From positions 5,704,001 to 5,768,000 of the forward strand of contig JANJGN010000038.1 in NCBI GenBank assembly GCA_026770705.1: DNA of 64,000 nucleotides, written 5' to 3'. The translations under genes were made by a program, and so were the position numbers. Positions 11,725 through 23,268 of the stretch are shown one piece after another. Below the pieces are notes generated by a model, which saw nothing but the letters and a program-made list of their open reading frames with translations, was not told the DNA's origin and ran no database searches. The stretch is from Isurus oxyrinchus. Lineage: Eukaryota. The number at the start of each line of letters is the position of its first letter. Positions within the stretch are counted from its first letter, which is position 1.

Positions 11725-13636
11725 TCACGACCTAAAGTTGTTGAATTCAATATTCAGTCCGGAAGGCTGTAAGGTGCCTAGTCGGAAGATGAGTTGTTGT
11801 TCCTCCAGTTTGCGTTGGTCTTCACTGGAACAATGCAGCAAGCCAAGGACAGACATGTGGGCAAGAGAGCAGGGTGGAGTGTTAAAATGGCAAGCGACAG
11901 GGAGGTTTGGGTCATTCTTGCGGACAGACCGCAGGTGTTCTGCAAAGCGGTCGCCCAGTTTACGTTTGGTCTCTCCAATGTAGAGGAGACCACATTGGGA
12001 GCAACGAATGCAGTAGACTAACTTGGGGGAAATGCAAGTGAAATGCTGCTTCACTTGAAAGGAGTGTTTGGGCCCTTGGACGGTGAGGAGAGAGGAAGTG
12101 AAGAGGCAGGTGTTACATCTTTTGCGTGGGCATGGGGTGGTGCCATAGGAGGGGGTTGAGGAGTAGGGGGTGATGGAGGAGTGGACCAGGGTGTCCCGGA
12201 GGGAGCGATCCCTACGGAATGCCGATAAGGTGGGTGAAGGGAAGATGTGTTTGGTGGTGGCATCATGCTGGAGTTGACGGAAATGACGGAGGATGATCCT
12301 TTGAATGCGGAGGCTGGTGGGGTGATAAGTGAGGACAAGGGGGACCCTATCATGTTTCTGGGAGGGAGGAGAAGGCGTGAGGGCGGATGCGCGGGAGATG
12401 GGCCGGACACGGTTGAGGGCCCTGTCAACGACCGTGGGTGGAAAACCTCGGTTAAGGAAGAAGGAGGACATGTCAGAGGAACCGTTTTTGAAGGTAGCAT
12501 CATCGGAACAGATGCGACGAAGGCGAAGGAACTGGGAGAATGGGATGGAGTCCTTACAGGAAGCGGGGTGTGAGGAGCTGTAGTCGAGGTAGCTGTGGGA
12601 GTCGGTGGGTTTGTAATGGATATTGGTGGACAGTCTATCACCAGAGATTGAGACAGAGAGGTCAAGGAAGGGAAGTGTCAGAGATGGACCACGTGAAAAT
12701 GATGGAGGGGTGGAGATTGGAAGCAAAATTAATACATTTTTCCAAGTCCCGATGAGAGCATGAAGCAGCACCGAAGTAATCATCGATGTACTGGAGAAAA
12801 AGTTGTGGAAGGGGGCCGGAGTAGGACTGCAACAAGGAATGTTCCACATACCCCATAAAGAGACAGGCATAGCTGGGGCCCATGCGGGTACCCATAGCCA
12901 CACCTTTTATTTGGAGGAAGTGAGAGGAGTTGAAGGAGAAATTGTTCAGCGTGAGAACAAGTTCAGCCACACTGAGGAGAGTAGTAGTGGATGGGGATTG
13001 TTCGGGCCTCTGTTCGAGGAAGAAGCTAAGGGCCCTCAGACTATCCTGGTGGGGGATGGAGGTGTAGAGGGATTGGACGTTCATGGTGAAGAGGAAGAGG
13101 TTGGGGCCAGGGAACTGGAAATTGTTGATGTGACGTAAGGTGTCAGAGGAATCACGGATGTAGGTGGGAAGGGACTGGACAAGGGGAGAGAGAAGGGAGT
13201 CAAGATAACGAGAAATGAGTTCTGTGGGGCAGGAGCAAGCTGAGACAATCGGTCTACCGGGGCAGTTCTGTTTGTGGATTTTAGGTAGGAGATAGAAGCA
13301 GGCCCTCTGAGGTTGGGCGACTATCAGGTTGGAAGCTGTGGGAGGGAGATCCCCAGAGGAGTTGAGGTCAGTGACGGTCCTGGAAATAATGGCTTGATGT
13401 TCAGTGGTGGGGTCATGGTCCAGGGAGAGGTGGGAGGAAGTGTTTGCGAGTTGACGCTCAGCCTCCGCGAGGTAGAGGTCAGTGCGCCAGACAACAACAG
13501 CACCACCCTTGTCAGCGGGTTTGATGACAATGTCAGGGTTGGACCTGAGAGAATGAGGTGCAGTAAGTTCAGAGAGAGACAGGTTAGAATGGGTGAGAGG
13601 AGCAGAGAAATTGAGACGACTAATGTCGCGCCGACA
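11725..13636 (-). pseudogene. Penelope RT/GIY-YIG ORF, inverted arm, frameshifted
   Basis: Same protein as 13635-15620 but split across ORFs 12662-13084 and 11725-12903 by a 5-bp deletion near 12670. Confidence 0.88.
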
Positions 13637-15620
13637 TTATTCTCCCTCCACCTGGACCCCTCCCTCTGGATTCTTACCTTCTCTTGATCTTTCCATTGAG
13701 AACTGTCGGCGCGACATTAGTCGTCTCAATTTCTCTGCTCCTCTCATCCATTCTAACCTGTCTCTCTCTGAACTTACTGCACTCCATTCTCTCAGGTCCA
13801 ACCCTGACATTGTCATCAAACCCGCAGACAAGGGTGGTGCTGTTGTTGTCTGGCGCACTGACCTCTACCTCGCTGAGGCTGAGCGTCAACTCGCAGACAC
13901 TTCCTCCTACCTCTCCCTGGATCATGACCCCACCACTGAACATCAAGTCATTGTTTCCAGGACTGTCACTGACTTCATCTCCTCCGGGGATCTCCCTCCC
14001 ACAGCTTCCAACCTGATAGTCGCCCAACCTCGGATGGCCCGCTTCTATCTCCTACCCAAAATCCACAAACAGAACTGCCCCGGTAGACCGATCGTCTCAG
14101 CTTGCTCCTGCCCCACAGAACTCATTTCTCGTTATCTTGACTCCCTTCTCTCTCCCCTTGTCCAGTCCCTTCCCACCTACATCCGTGATTCCTCTGACAC
14201 CTTACGTCACATCAACAATTTCCAGTTCCCTGGCCCCAACCGCTTCCTCTTCACCATGAACGTCCAATCCCTCTACACCTCCATCCCCCACCAGGATGGT
14301 CTGAGGGCCCTTAGCTTCTTCCTCGAACAGAGGCCCGAACAATCCCCATCCACTGCTGCTCTCCTCAGTGTGGCTGAACTTGTTCTCACGCTGAACAATT
14401 TCTCCTTCAACTCCTCTCACTTCCTCCAAATAAAAGGTGTGGCTATGGGTACCCGCATGGGCCCCAGCTATGCCTGTCTCTTTATGGGGTATGTGGAACA
14501 TTCCTTGTTGCAGTCCTACTCCGGCCCCCTTCCACAACTTTTTCTCCAGTACATTGATGATTACTTCGGTGCCGCTTCATGCTCTCGTCGGGACTTGGAA
14601 AAATGTATTAATTTTGCTTCCAATCTCCACCCCTCCATCATTTTCACGTGGTCCATCTCTGACACTTCCCTTCCCTTCCTTGACCTCTCTGTCTCAATCT
14701 CTGGTGATAGACTGTCCACCAATATCCATTACAAACCCACCGACTCCCACAGCTACCTCGACTACAGCTCCTCACACCCCGCTTCCTGTAAGGACTCCAT
14801 CCCATTCTCCCAGTTCCTTCGCCTTCGTCGCATCTGTTCCGATGATGCTACCTTCAAAAACGGTTCCTCTGACATGTCCTCCTTCTTCTTTAACCGAGGT
14901 TTTCCACCCACGGTCGTTGACAGGGCCCTCAACCGTGTCCGGCCCATCTCCCGCGCATCTGCCCTCACGCCTTCTCCTCCCTCTCAGAAACATGATAGGG
15001 TCCCCCTTGTCCTCACTTATCACCCCACCAGCCTCTGCATTCAAAGGATCATCCTCCGTCATTTCCGCCAACTCCAGCATGATGCCACCACCAAACACAT
15101 CTTCCCTTCACCCCCCTTATCGGCATTCCGTAGGGATCGCTCCCTCTGGGACACCCTGGTCCACTCCTCCATCACCCCCTACTCCTCAACCCCCTCCTAT
15201 GGCACCACCCCATGCCCACGCAAAAGATGTAACACCTGCCCCTTCACTTCCTCTCTCCTCACCGTCCAAGGGCCCAAACACTCCTTTCAAGTGAAGCAGC
15301 ATTTCACTTGCATTTCCCCCAAGTTAGTCTACTGCATTCGTTGCTTCCAATGTGGTCTCCTCTACATTGGAGAGACCAAACGTAAACTGGGCGACCGCTT
15401 TGCAGAACACCTGCGGTCTGTCCGCAAGAATGACCCAAACCTCCCTGTCGCTTGCCATTTTAACACTCCACCCTGCTCTCTTGCCCACATGTCTGTCCTT
15501 GGCTTGCTGCATTGTTCCAGTGAAGACCAACGCAAACTGGAGGAACAACACCTCATCTTCCGACTAGGCACCTTACAGCCTTCCGGACTGAATATTGAAT
15601 TCAACAACTTTAGGTCGTGA
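13635..15620 (+). CDS. Penelope-like reverse transcriptase + GIY-YIG endonuclease, 5'-truncated but uninterrupted (~660 codons)
   Basis: IVIKPADKGGAVVV, FYLLPKIHK...GRPIVS, GVAMGTRMGP, YIDD, HYKPTDSH, then LVYCIRC...LYIGETKRKL...EH (GIY-YIG). The first 14 codons of the track ORF (13593) come from the antisense arm. Confidence 0.9.
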   Translation, partial: HYSPSTWTPPSGFLPSLDLSIENCRRDISRLNFSAPLIHSNLSLSELTALHSLRSNPDIVIKPADKGGAVVVWRTDLYLAEAERQLADTSSYLSLDHDPTTEHQVIVSRTVTDFISSGDLPPTASNLIVAQPRMARFYLLPKIHKQNCPGRPIVSACSCPTELISRYLDSLLSPLVQSLPTYIRDSSDTLRHINNFQFPGPNRFLFTMNVQSLYTSIPHQDGLRALSFFLEQRPEQSPSTAALLSVAELVLTLNNFSFNSSHFLQIKGVAMGTRMGPSYACLFMGYVEHSLLQSYSGPLPQLFLQYIDDYFGAASCSRRDLEKCINFASNLHPSIIFTWSISDTSLPFLDLSVSISGDRLSTNIHYKPTDSHSYLDYSSSHPASCKDSIPFSQFLRLRRICSDDATFKNGSSDMSSFFFNRGFPPTVVDRALNRVRPISRASALTPSPPSQKHDRVPLVLTYHPTSLCIQRIILRHFRQLQHDATTKHIFPSPPLSAFRRDRSLWDTLVHSSITPYSSTPSYGTTPCPRKRCNTCPFTSSLLTVQGPKHSFQVKQHFTCISPKLVYCIRCFQCGLLYIGETKRKLGDRFAEHLRSVRKNDPNLPVACHFNTPPCSLAHMSVLGLLHCSSEDQRKLEEQHLIFRLGTLQPSGLNIEFNNFRS

Positions 15621-15997
15621 GCTCCCTCCCCCATCCCCTCCCCATTTATGTTTCCCCCTTTTTTTTCCAATAAATTATATAGATTTTTCTTTTCCCACCT
15701 ATTTCCATTATTTTTAAATATTTTAAAATCTTTTATGCTCTCCCCACCCCCATTAGAGCTATACCTTGAGTGCCCTACCATCCATTCTTACTTAGCACAT
15801 TCGTTTAGATAATATCACCAACTTTAACTTTAACACCTATGTGTTCCATTGTACCATTGTCGTTGACATCTTTTGATGATCTGCTTCTATCACTGCTTGT
15901 TTGTCTACACAACCACCTCTCTCTCTCTCTATCTCTCCGCTCCCCACACACACACCTTAAACCAGCTTATATTTCAACCTTTTCTTGGACTCGAACT

Positions 15998-16040
15998 CAA
16001 GTTCTGTCGAAGGGTCATGAGGACTCGAAACGTCAACTCT
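15998..16040 (+). ncRNA. Minimal type-I hammerhead ribozyme motif in Penelope 3' terminal repeat (variant core CUGUCGA)
   Basis: AGTT-CTGTCGA-AGGGTC-ATGAG-GACTC-GAAA-CG-TC-AACT. Copies at ~11291-11335(-), ~53013-53055(-), ~55052-55095(+), ~61420-61505 (both strands), ~5990-6030(-). Confidence 0.7.
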
Positions 16041-16817
16041 TTTCTTCTCCGCCGATGCTGCCAGACTGGCTGAGTTTTTCCAGGTAATTCTGTTTTTGTT
16101 TCGAAAAAATTAAGTTCATTTCAAATGGAATTTCAAAAGGAATTTTAGTTTGATGAAGCATCTCCTTATTTTTCTTATTGGATCGATACAATCTAATCCC
16201 TCTGTGTGTACAACCCGTTACAGAGGCTGTTATAGGAAAGAGGGAAAGTTTTGCTGCAGCTATACAAAGCCCTGGTTAGGTCACACCTGGAGGACCTTGT
16301 CTCGTTCTGGGAACGGCACCTTATAAAGGATCAACATTGACCTTGAAAGTTTCAGAGGAGCAGCACTGATGAGGATGATGGGTCCTGGAAATTGAAAGTT
16401 GCACATCCGCAGCTTGTGGCACTATTTCACCTCACTGTTCACTTCATGTATATGTCTAACAGATCCGATGCTGTTATTGGCTGAACAAGTCTTCTGTGTT
16501 TGAACTGAACATGCTCCCACTCCTGGCCCTCCTCAGGGAATGCTGTTTTCTTGTTGCTGTGTGAACTGTCACAATGAACTGTTCCTGAAGTCTCTTTTCC
16601 CTGGGATTTACAAAACCCGTCACTTCTCTTCCTCTTTCATTCTCTCTCTTTCATTCCCAGTTTGGGAGGGAGAACGAGGAGGGACAGTATAAATTGCAGG
16701 GTTACGGGGAAAAGGCTGGGTTGTTGCAGTGACAGGGTGGGAAGAAGACGCTTTTTCTCTGCTGTAACTATTCTATGATTTCATATATGAAATATATATG
16801 TTTTACTCTCCAGGTTT

Positions 16818-16899
16818 GTAGTCGTGGCCGAGTGGTTAAGGCGATGGATTTGAAATCTATTGGGGTTACCCCGCGCAGGTTCAAATCCTGTCAACTACG
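16818..16899 (+). tRNA. TRNAS-UGA: tRNA-Ser(TGA), near-intact
   Basis: GTAGTCGTGGCCGAGTGGTTAAGGCG A-box, TT-TGA-AA loop, GGGG/CCCC variable arm, GGTTCAAATCC B-box, TTTT terminator; one acceptor-stem mismatch. Confidence 0.85.
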
Positions 16900-16924
16900 T
16901 TTTCCATTATTTCGGATTTTAACC

Positions 16925-18330
16925 ATTGATCTCAGAAACAGTAGATGTAATCGACATTTTCGCAACACCTGTAATAGCACAGATTGACCAGTGGATGGCA
17001 GTGTAACCGTGATTGCTTCCATCACATGAAGCAGGCGCTGTCTCAATTTTTACTGCATTTGCCACTGTCCCTGTTCATATTAAATTAGACGCCGTTTCTA
17101 TTTCTATTACATTAGGACATGTCTCTAATCATATTAGTGAAGGTCATCTATCAGTTGTTTCTGTAATTGGCTCAGTCACAGTTGTTTATGTACTGGGCTA
17201 GGGCCACAATACAATTGGCACTATCTCAGTCATGACTGCACTGAAGCAGGTCTCGGCTAAAGTTACAATAAGCCATGCCCCAGTTGGCACTGCACTAGTG
17301 CTTGTCTCTGGTTATAGAAAATTGGAACATGTTTTTACTTGCATTTAACAAGACTCTGTCTCAGCTATTACTCCAGTAGAACCTGCCACCTGTCTGTCAA
17401 ACTGGACCCTCTCTCAGGTAATGCTGCACCAATACATGCCTCCATTCATATCACACAATTCCCTGTTTCTGTTGTTATTGTCCTATACCATTACTCTCTT
17501 ATTGCTGTACTAGTGCATGTCCCTGTTTTTATTAATCTCGTACCTTTGCAGGTATTTAATTCACCAGACACTCTGTCAGATTATATTACAAAGAGTGCTG
17601 GATTATGTGAAGCTCCACTAGACCGTGTATCAGTTTTCTTATACTGGATCCGGTCTGTGTTATTGCTACACTAGGCAGGTTCGTATTACACAAGATCCTG
17701 TCTCAATTATTACTACACTCTGCACTGCCTCACTTATGTTCCACTAATCGCGGCCCTGCTTATAACACACTCAATCATGTCTGCATTTATATTCCGCTAG
17801 ACCATTTCAGAACAAGTTACACTAGATTCTGTATCAGCCTGTATCACACACGACCTTGTCTGTCTTTTCAATTAAAATGGATCCTGTCTTTGCAGAGGCT
17901 TTGTCTTTGTACCTCTGTCTCTGCTTCTATTCCACTCTCCCTTTCCCTGATTTTACTCCACAACATCATACCTGTCTCTCTTACACTGGCAGCAGTCTCC
18001 ATTATTACGACTTAGACTCTCTCTAGGAAGCAATTACTCTAGGCCCTGTGCCTGTAATAACTGCCCTATTTCACTTGATATTGATCCAGGCCCTGTAATC
18101 CCGTCTCCACTATTATAGCAGTAGACCCTGTCCATGTTAATATAGCTCTTGTCCCCATCCCTGTTATTCGTGCACTCAGTTACATCTTTGCTTAAGTAAC
18201 ATTAGATGCTGTCTCGATTATTTCTGCACCTGTAATGTCTTTGCTTAAATTGCACTAGGCCCTGTCTCAGTAATTACCACACCAAACTCTGTCTCTGTTG
18301 TTAATTCACTTGTCTATGTCTCTATAAAGT
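16925..18330 (+). repeat. Module with CTCF-like motif followed by degenerate 27-bp satellite
   Basis: GACCAGTGGATGGCAGTG at ~16986-17003, then recurrent (TA)GACCCTGTCTC(A)..TTATTAC-type units related to the 50.7-64 kb array. Confidence 0.65.
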
Positions 18331-20635
18331 GGATGTTGAGTTAGAAATGTGCCTCTCACTTTGGCCTAAAACTAGAGGTTTCCCATTGACTGGTTGTTCC
18401 AAGCAGCTCCTCATATTAATTTGCATTACAGCCAACAGAATTACATATGAGACATCACCTTTTGTGCGTGTCTGTGTTAAATGAAATCATGCTATATCAT
18501 TCTGCAAAGATAAAAGATTTATCTTCACCAGAATGTTTCAGCTTTTTTTATTTTCTCTTATTCAACCTGTAACTACAGATCACCTAATATCGTAAATATT
18601 TATTTGTAGTACATTCTGTTGTGCTCTTGTTTAGAATTTCATGTGATACTGACCATTTCTTTGCTAAGATGTGCATGTTTGTCAGCACACTTACTTAATG
18701 TCTGTCATCTCTCTCCCTGAGACAGAGTCTAACTCACTGAAACTTATTGAACTCTCTCTCTCTCCCTCTGTCTCTCTGTCTCTGGGAAATTGCCCATTCC
18801 TTTAAATCTCCGATTTTCTAATAACGCTTTTCTGAATAAAAAACTGAATAAAGAATAATTCCCCTACATTAACTTCAGTGATAACCTTCAGCCCATCTCT
18901 GCCCTCAGTGAAAGTGTTAAATCCCAAAGTGTTCCTGCATTTTAATTGCAGATAGTTTAATACTGCAACTATTTATTAATAACTATTGGGTTGTTTTCTA
19001 TTGTTTACAAAGTGATATCAGGCTGTCCATTTTGTTTCCAAGAATCGGCTTTTCTATTCCCAATGATCAGTTAGAAAATTATTTATTATTATTTCAAGGG
19101 ACGTGGGCTTCGTTGGTGAGTCCAACATTTCTCTGCCCATCCGTAATTGCCCTTGAGAAGGTGATGGTGAGCTGCCTTCTTGAACCGCTACAGTCCATGT
19201 AGTGCAGGTACACACACAGTGCTGTTAGGAAGGGAGATCCATAATTTTGACCCAGCGACAGCAAAGGAGCAGCGATACATTTCCAAGTCAAAATGGTGAG
19301 TGCCCTTGAAGGAAATTCCAGGTGGTGGTTTTCCCATGTATCTGTTGCCCTTGTCTTTCTAGATGGTAGATGTCGTGGGTGTGAAAGGTGCTATCGAAGG
19401 AGCCTTGATGAGTTCCTGCAGTGCATCTAGTAATTGGCACACACTGCTGCTACTGTGCGGCGGTGGTGGAGGGAGTGAATGGTGAAGCTGGTAGATGAGC
19501 TGTCAACAATTGAGCGACTTTGTGCTGGATGGTGTCGAACTTCTAGTGTGTTGTTGGAACTGCGCTCACCCAGGCAAGTGGAGATAACTGGAGATGCTAT
19601 CAGACCTGCCGAGCTTTCCAGCGCTTTCTGTGTTTACCCCTGGGGTGATGTTCAGTGAGTTCAGGAAATTGGTATCAGAGGGAATGGAGCAGGGAGAACG
19701 GATCCCTGGGGTGATGTTCAGTGAGTTCAGGGAGATGGTATCAGTACGACTGAGCTGATCAGGAATACGATTCATTATCGAAGCATAAGGGAAAATGACA
19801 GGGCTAATGGATTTAACAGAAAAGGTGGAAGTGGAGAGTCAATGTGTGTTTACCGGAATAAGGACGTGTATATGCTTAACAGAAAGGGGTGGGGCAGGGC
19901 GAGGTGTGGGCTATGTCTGTTTGTGTATTTAACAGAAAATGTGAAGCCAGTGTCTCAGTATCCGATCGGCCCCAGGGTCTGGGAACAAGCCTCATGTTTA
20001 TGGTTACTTGCTGCATAACATTGAACCCCGTCTTTGAGCATTTTCGCACTTTTGTCCCCCCAGGTATGTCCAAGAGACCTAAAGCTCTGTAATAATTTGC
20101 AGGAGTTGTACTTAATAATATATCAGTGCCAGATACGCTTCAGTCCCTGGATACACCCATTGGTTTGTGCTCCTTATTCTGCCTGTGTCATATATCTAGC
20201 CTGTGGCATCCCCACCTTCAAAGTGTTTAATCCAACAATGCAGAGGGATCTTTACCCTGTTCCTGATCCTGGCTGCACCAACCGTGGGAGTGTTTGATGG
20301 GGCATTGTAAAGGGCGTTTTATGCTCCAATTTCCTGTCCTATATCAGCCTCCGATGAAGCCGAACCCTACAGTTTGGAATTGCCAGACATGTGACTGTGA
20401 CCGTCCAGAGTGAAATCGCCGAGGTGACCCTCCCTGTTCATTCATTCCGCCTCGGGCAATTGCCAGAAACAGAGGTAAAAGTCTCCTTACACGGATGGGG
20501 CGATGGGTGGAAACAGATCCCAGACAGGACTGGTAAAACTGAGAGAAATGTGCAATAGGGAAAATGGAGCGGTGTCGATGGGCCTTGGAGAAAGGAATTC
20601 AGCAAAGTCACAGTTAGTTCACTTTTCATTCCAGA

Positions 20636-20677
20636 TTTATTAGTAATTTCAGAGAATATTTTACAGGAAAGTTTATT
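20636..20677 (-). terminator. Candidate poly(A) signals for membrane IgM mRNA
   Basis: AATAAA on the minus strand at 20672-20677 and 20636-20641, ~400 nt after the TM2 stop. Confidence 0.45.
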
Positions 20678-21073
20678 TTAAAGTTAACAGAAGTGAATAT
20701 AATTCCTGAAGTCACGTTGGGAACAGAACACATGCGCTCTGAGTCCATATGCGCTCTGAGTTGGTAAACTGTATGTACCACTGGAACATAGATCAGAAAA
20801 AGAAAACAGCGGCTCAATGGAAAGGGAAGGGGGCAATAGTGAATAAGGAATGAGAAAAGTTATTTAATTAAAATTGAAATCCTAATTCCAGGGAAATTAG
20901 ATGCTACAATTACATTACAACCATTACCATTTCGCACATTTCTTACAGGATCACAGAAATACTGTTAGAGGTTCGGTCACAGATTCGGGATCATTAAGAG
21001 AACATATTTTAAATTGAAATACAGAGATTTAATGAACAGCTGAGGAAAAGCTACGGGGTCCAAGTTCAACCGA

Positions 21074-21082
21074 TCACTTGAT
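21074..21082 (-). CDS. IGHM: IgM TM2 exon (Ile-Lys-stop)
   Basis: Polypyrimidine tract + CAG then ATC AAG TGA; gives a K-I-K cytoplasmic tail. Confidence 0.85.
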   Translation of the reverse strand: MK

Positions 21083-21222
21083 CTGTAAAAGAGGGAGAAA
21101 ATAATGAAGCAGATGTTTATGATCTGGTGCATTTATGTTATAGTCTTTAATTGTTCAAATATTTAGAAAGTTTTCAAACCGCTTCTGTCAGATTGTAGTG
21201 TTAGTGGATTGGATCTTCTCAC

Positions 21223-21350
21223 CTTCGCCAGAGTGACGGCAGTGCTGTAGAAAATGCTCAGGAAGAACAGGACAATGAATGTGGAAGCGGTTGTCCGGAT
21301 GTTCCCGTTATCGTCCTCATTGTCTTCAATCCAGATGCGGTCTGTGGAAT
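21223..21350 (-). CDS. IGHM: IgM TM1 exon
   Basis: TAG acceptor, (D)STDRIWIEDNEDDNGNIRTTASTFIVLFFLSIFYSTAVTLAK, GTGAGA donor; conserved antigen-receptor TM motif. Confidence 0.93.
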
Positions 21351-21949
21351 CTACAGGGATATAACCGAGGAATTTTAATTGCATTCTTATTAATCGAGGG
21401 TGTCTTACCGTTTTTTTAATATATTAATTCTATTGTATCTTCCTCAAGCTTTTGATCTGTTCAGTAATTAAGTTTTCAATGCATATCTATTAATGAATAA
21501 GTGACTCTCAATAATCTCTGTCTGTTACTAACTCCACAGCTGCTCTCACTTTACATTTCTCATCCTGCCCCTACTGGAAAATGTGTTTTTATTCCTTCGA
21601 TGCCAGTTTATTTTGGATGATTTTAGTACGACCTATCACTGGATTATATTATGGTGGAAATTGCAGGAGGTTTGCTAATTGATCACAATTATTTTAATGA
21701 TAAGTACTGATAGCTATTAATTCCAAGACTCTGAACTCTGTTAGCTATCTTTTGTGAATTTTGATCTTGTTTGTTTATTTGTGGTGGTAATGTTTGGCAC
21801 ATAATTAACTTAAATCAGTTTATGATTAAGAACATTGCTTCAGCCTGTCTCCTGGGTCTTTATGTGCTCCCAGAAATTTTTGGAAGATGTGTCCTTTAAA
21901 AAAAATAGATTTAAAATATTCTTTCGTCTTTAGCCTGGCATTTGCCTTT

Positions 21950-23237
21950 GTGTTTTTTAAATATTTGCGTATATGTGCACGTGTATCTCTTGCTCTGCCT
22001 TTAACTGTGTTTGTGTGCCCTGTTGTATGAGCGTTGATGTGTGTGTTCATGTGGCATGAGTGTTGATATGCTTATTTATATGTGGCCCGCCTTTGTGTGT
22101 ATGTTTGTCCATTTGTAAATGAATGTGTATCAGTGTGTTAATGTGTCTGTATGCGTTGATGTTTATGTTCACTTATTAATGTCTGTGTTAAGGAGTTTAT
22201 TTACGTCCATGCCTGTTAATATATCTGATATTGTGCCTTTTTATGTTCTATGTTTGATATGTTAATGATTGTGCCCCCATGAGCGTGTGAGTATGTTGAG
22301 GCGTGCCGTTATGTGTTCTTGGATGTTTCTAGCTTTGTCTTAATGTATATTTACGTATCTATGTTTACTAAAGCGTGTGTTTACATATGCTTGTTTTAAT
22401 GTGAGTGCGTGGATGTATTCATAGTTGTTTCTTGCACTATGTTTGTGAAAATGTTACTGTCTGCTCATCTATTTGTCTGTGTACCCGTTTGTCGATTTTT
22501 AATGTGTGTGTACAAATGCCTATGCATGTGCACTATTGTGTATGATAGTGTGTCCTTAATTCTGTATTGTTGTGCTCGTTGAAGCACAGTAATGAACATG
22601 TTCATGTACAAACTTACAGGACCTGTCTGAGCCTGTTTATGGGGTTGTGTATATCTGTAATTGTGTGTGTTGAGTGCATCCATGCATGTGTGTTTGTGTG
22701 TTTGCTCACAACCGTTTGCATGTGTGTGACTGTGTGTGCATGTGTGTGAGAGGATATCTGCATTTTCAGGTGCTTGCTTGTGCGTGAGTGTGTCTGTCTG
22801 TGTGTCTGTTTGTCGAGAGTGAGTGTATATTTCTGAGTGTGAGGTTGCATCTGTGCATATGTGCTGTGTGTTCCTGTGAGTTGCATGTCTGCATATTTTC
22901 TATGTATATGTGTACTCTTGTGTGTGTGTGTGTGTGTGTGTGTACTTGTGAGTGTGGGTTTGTTTGTGTGTGTATGCCTGTGCATGTTTATCATTGTGTG
23001 GGTCTGTGTTTGCATGTGCATTCTTGTGTGCTTGTGTGTGTGGCTATGTGTATATGTGTCTGTGTGCTGGTTTGTGTGTATATGTATGCTTGTGCTTGTG
23101 TATGTATGTGTATGTGTGTGCACGTGTATGCCTGCCTATGTATCCATGCATGCTTGCACGTGTTTGTGTACGTGTGCCTCTTTTCCCGTGCCTATGCACG
23201 AACCTGTGTGTTTGTTTCTGTGTACCTATGCATGTTT

Positions 23238-23268
<31 letters not shown>

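Larger units (their letters stand above)
11202..16098. mobile_element. Young Penelope-like retroelement insertion forming a 4.9-kb head-to-head palindrome
   Basis: Arms ~11230-13636(-) and 13704-16100(+) are highly similar inverted repeats around a 67-bp spacer. 15-bp TSD TTTCGAAAAAATTAA at 11187-11201 and 16099-16113. Confidence 0.93.

Noticed and set aside
12051-15294. Long Pro/Ser-rich and antisense ORFs overlapping Penelope (also 53767-54624)
   Set aside because: Alternative frames of a C-rich RT gene, repeated only because the copies are young.
11202-16098. DNA transposon with long TIRs, or an assembly foldback artefact
   Set aside because: The arms encode RT/GIY-YIG rather than a transposase, differ from each other, and are bounded by a TSD.
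19639-19731. 27-bp direct repeat at 65-bp spacing
   Set aside because: Small local duplication with no further structure.
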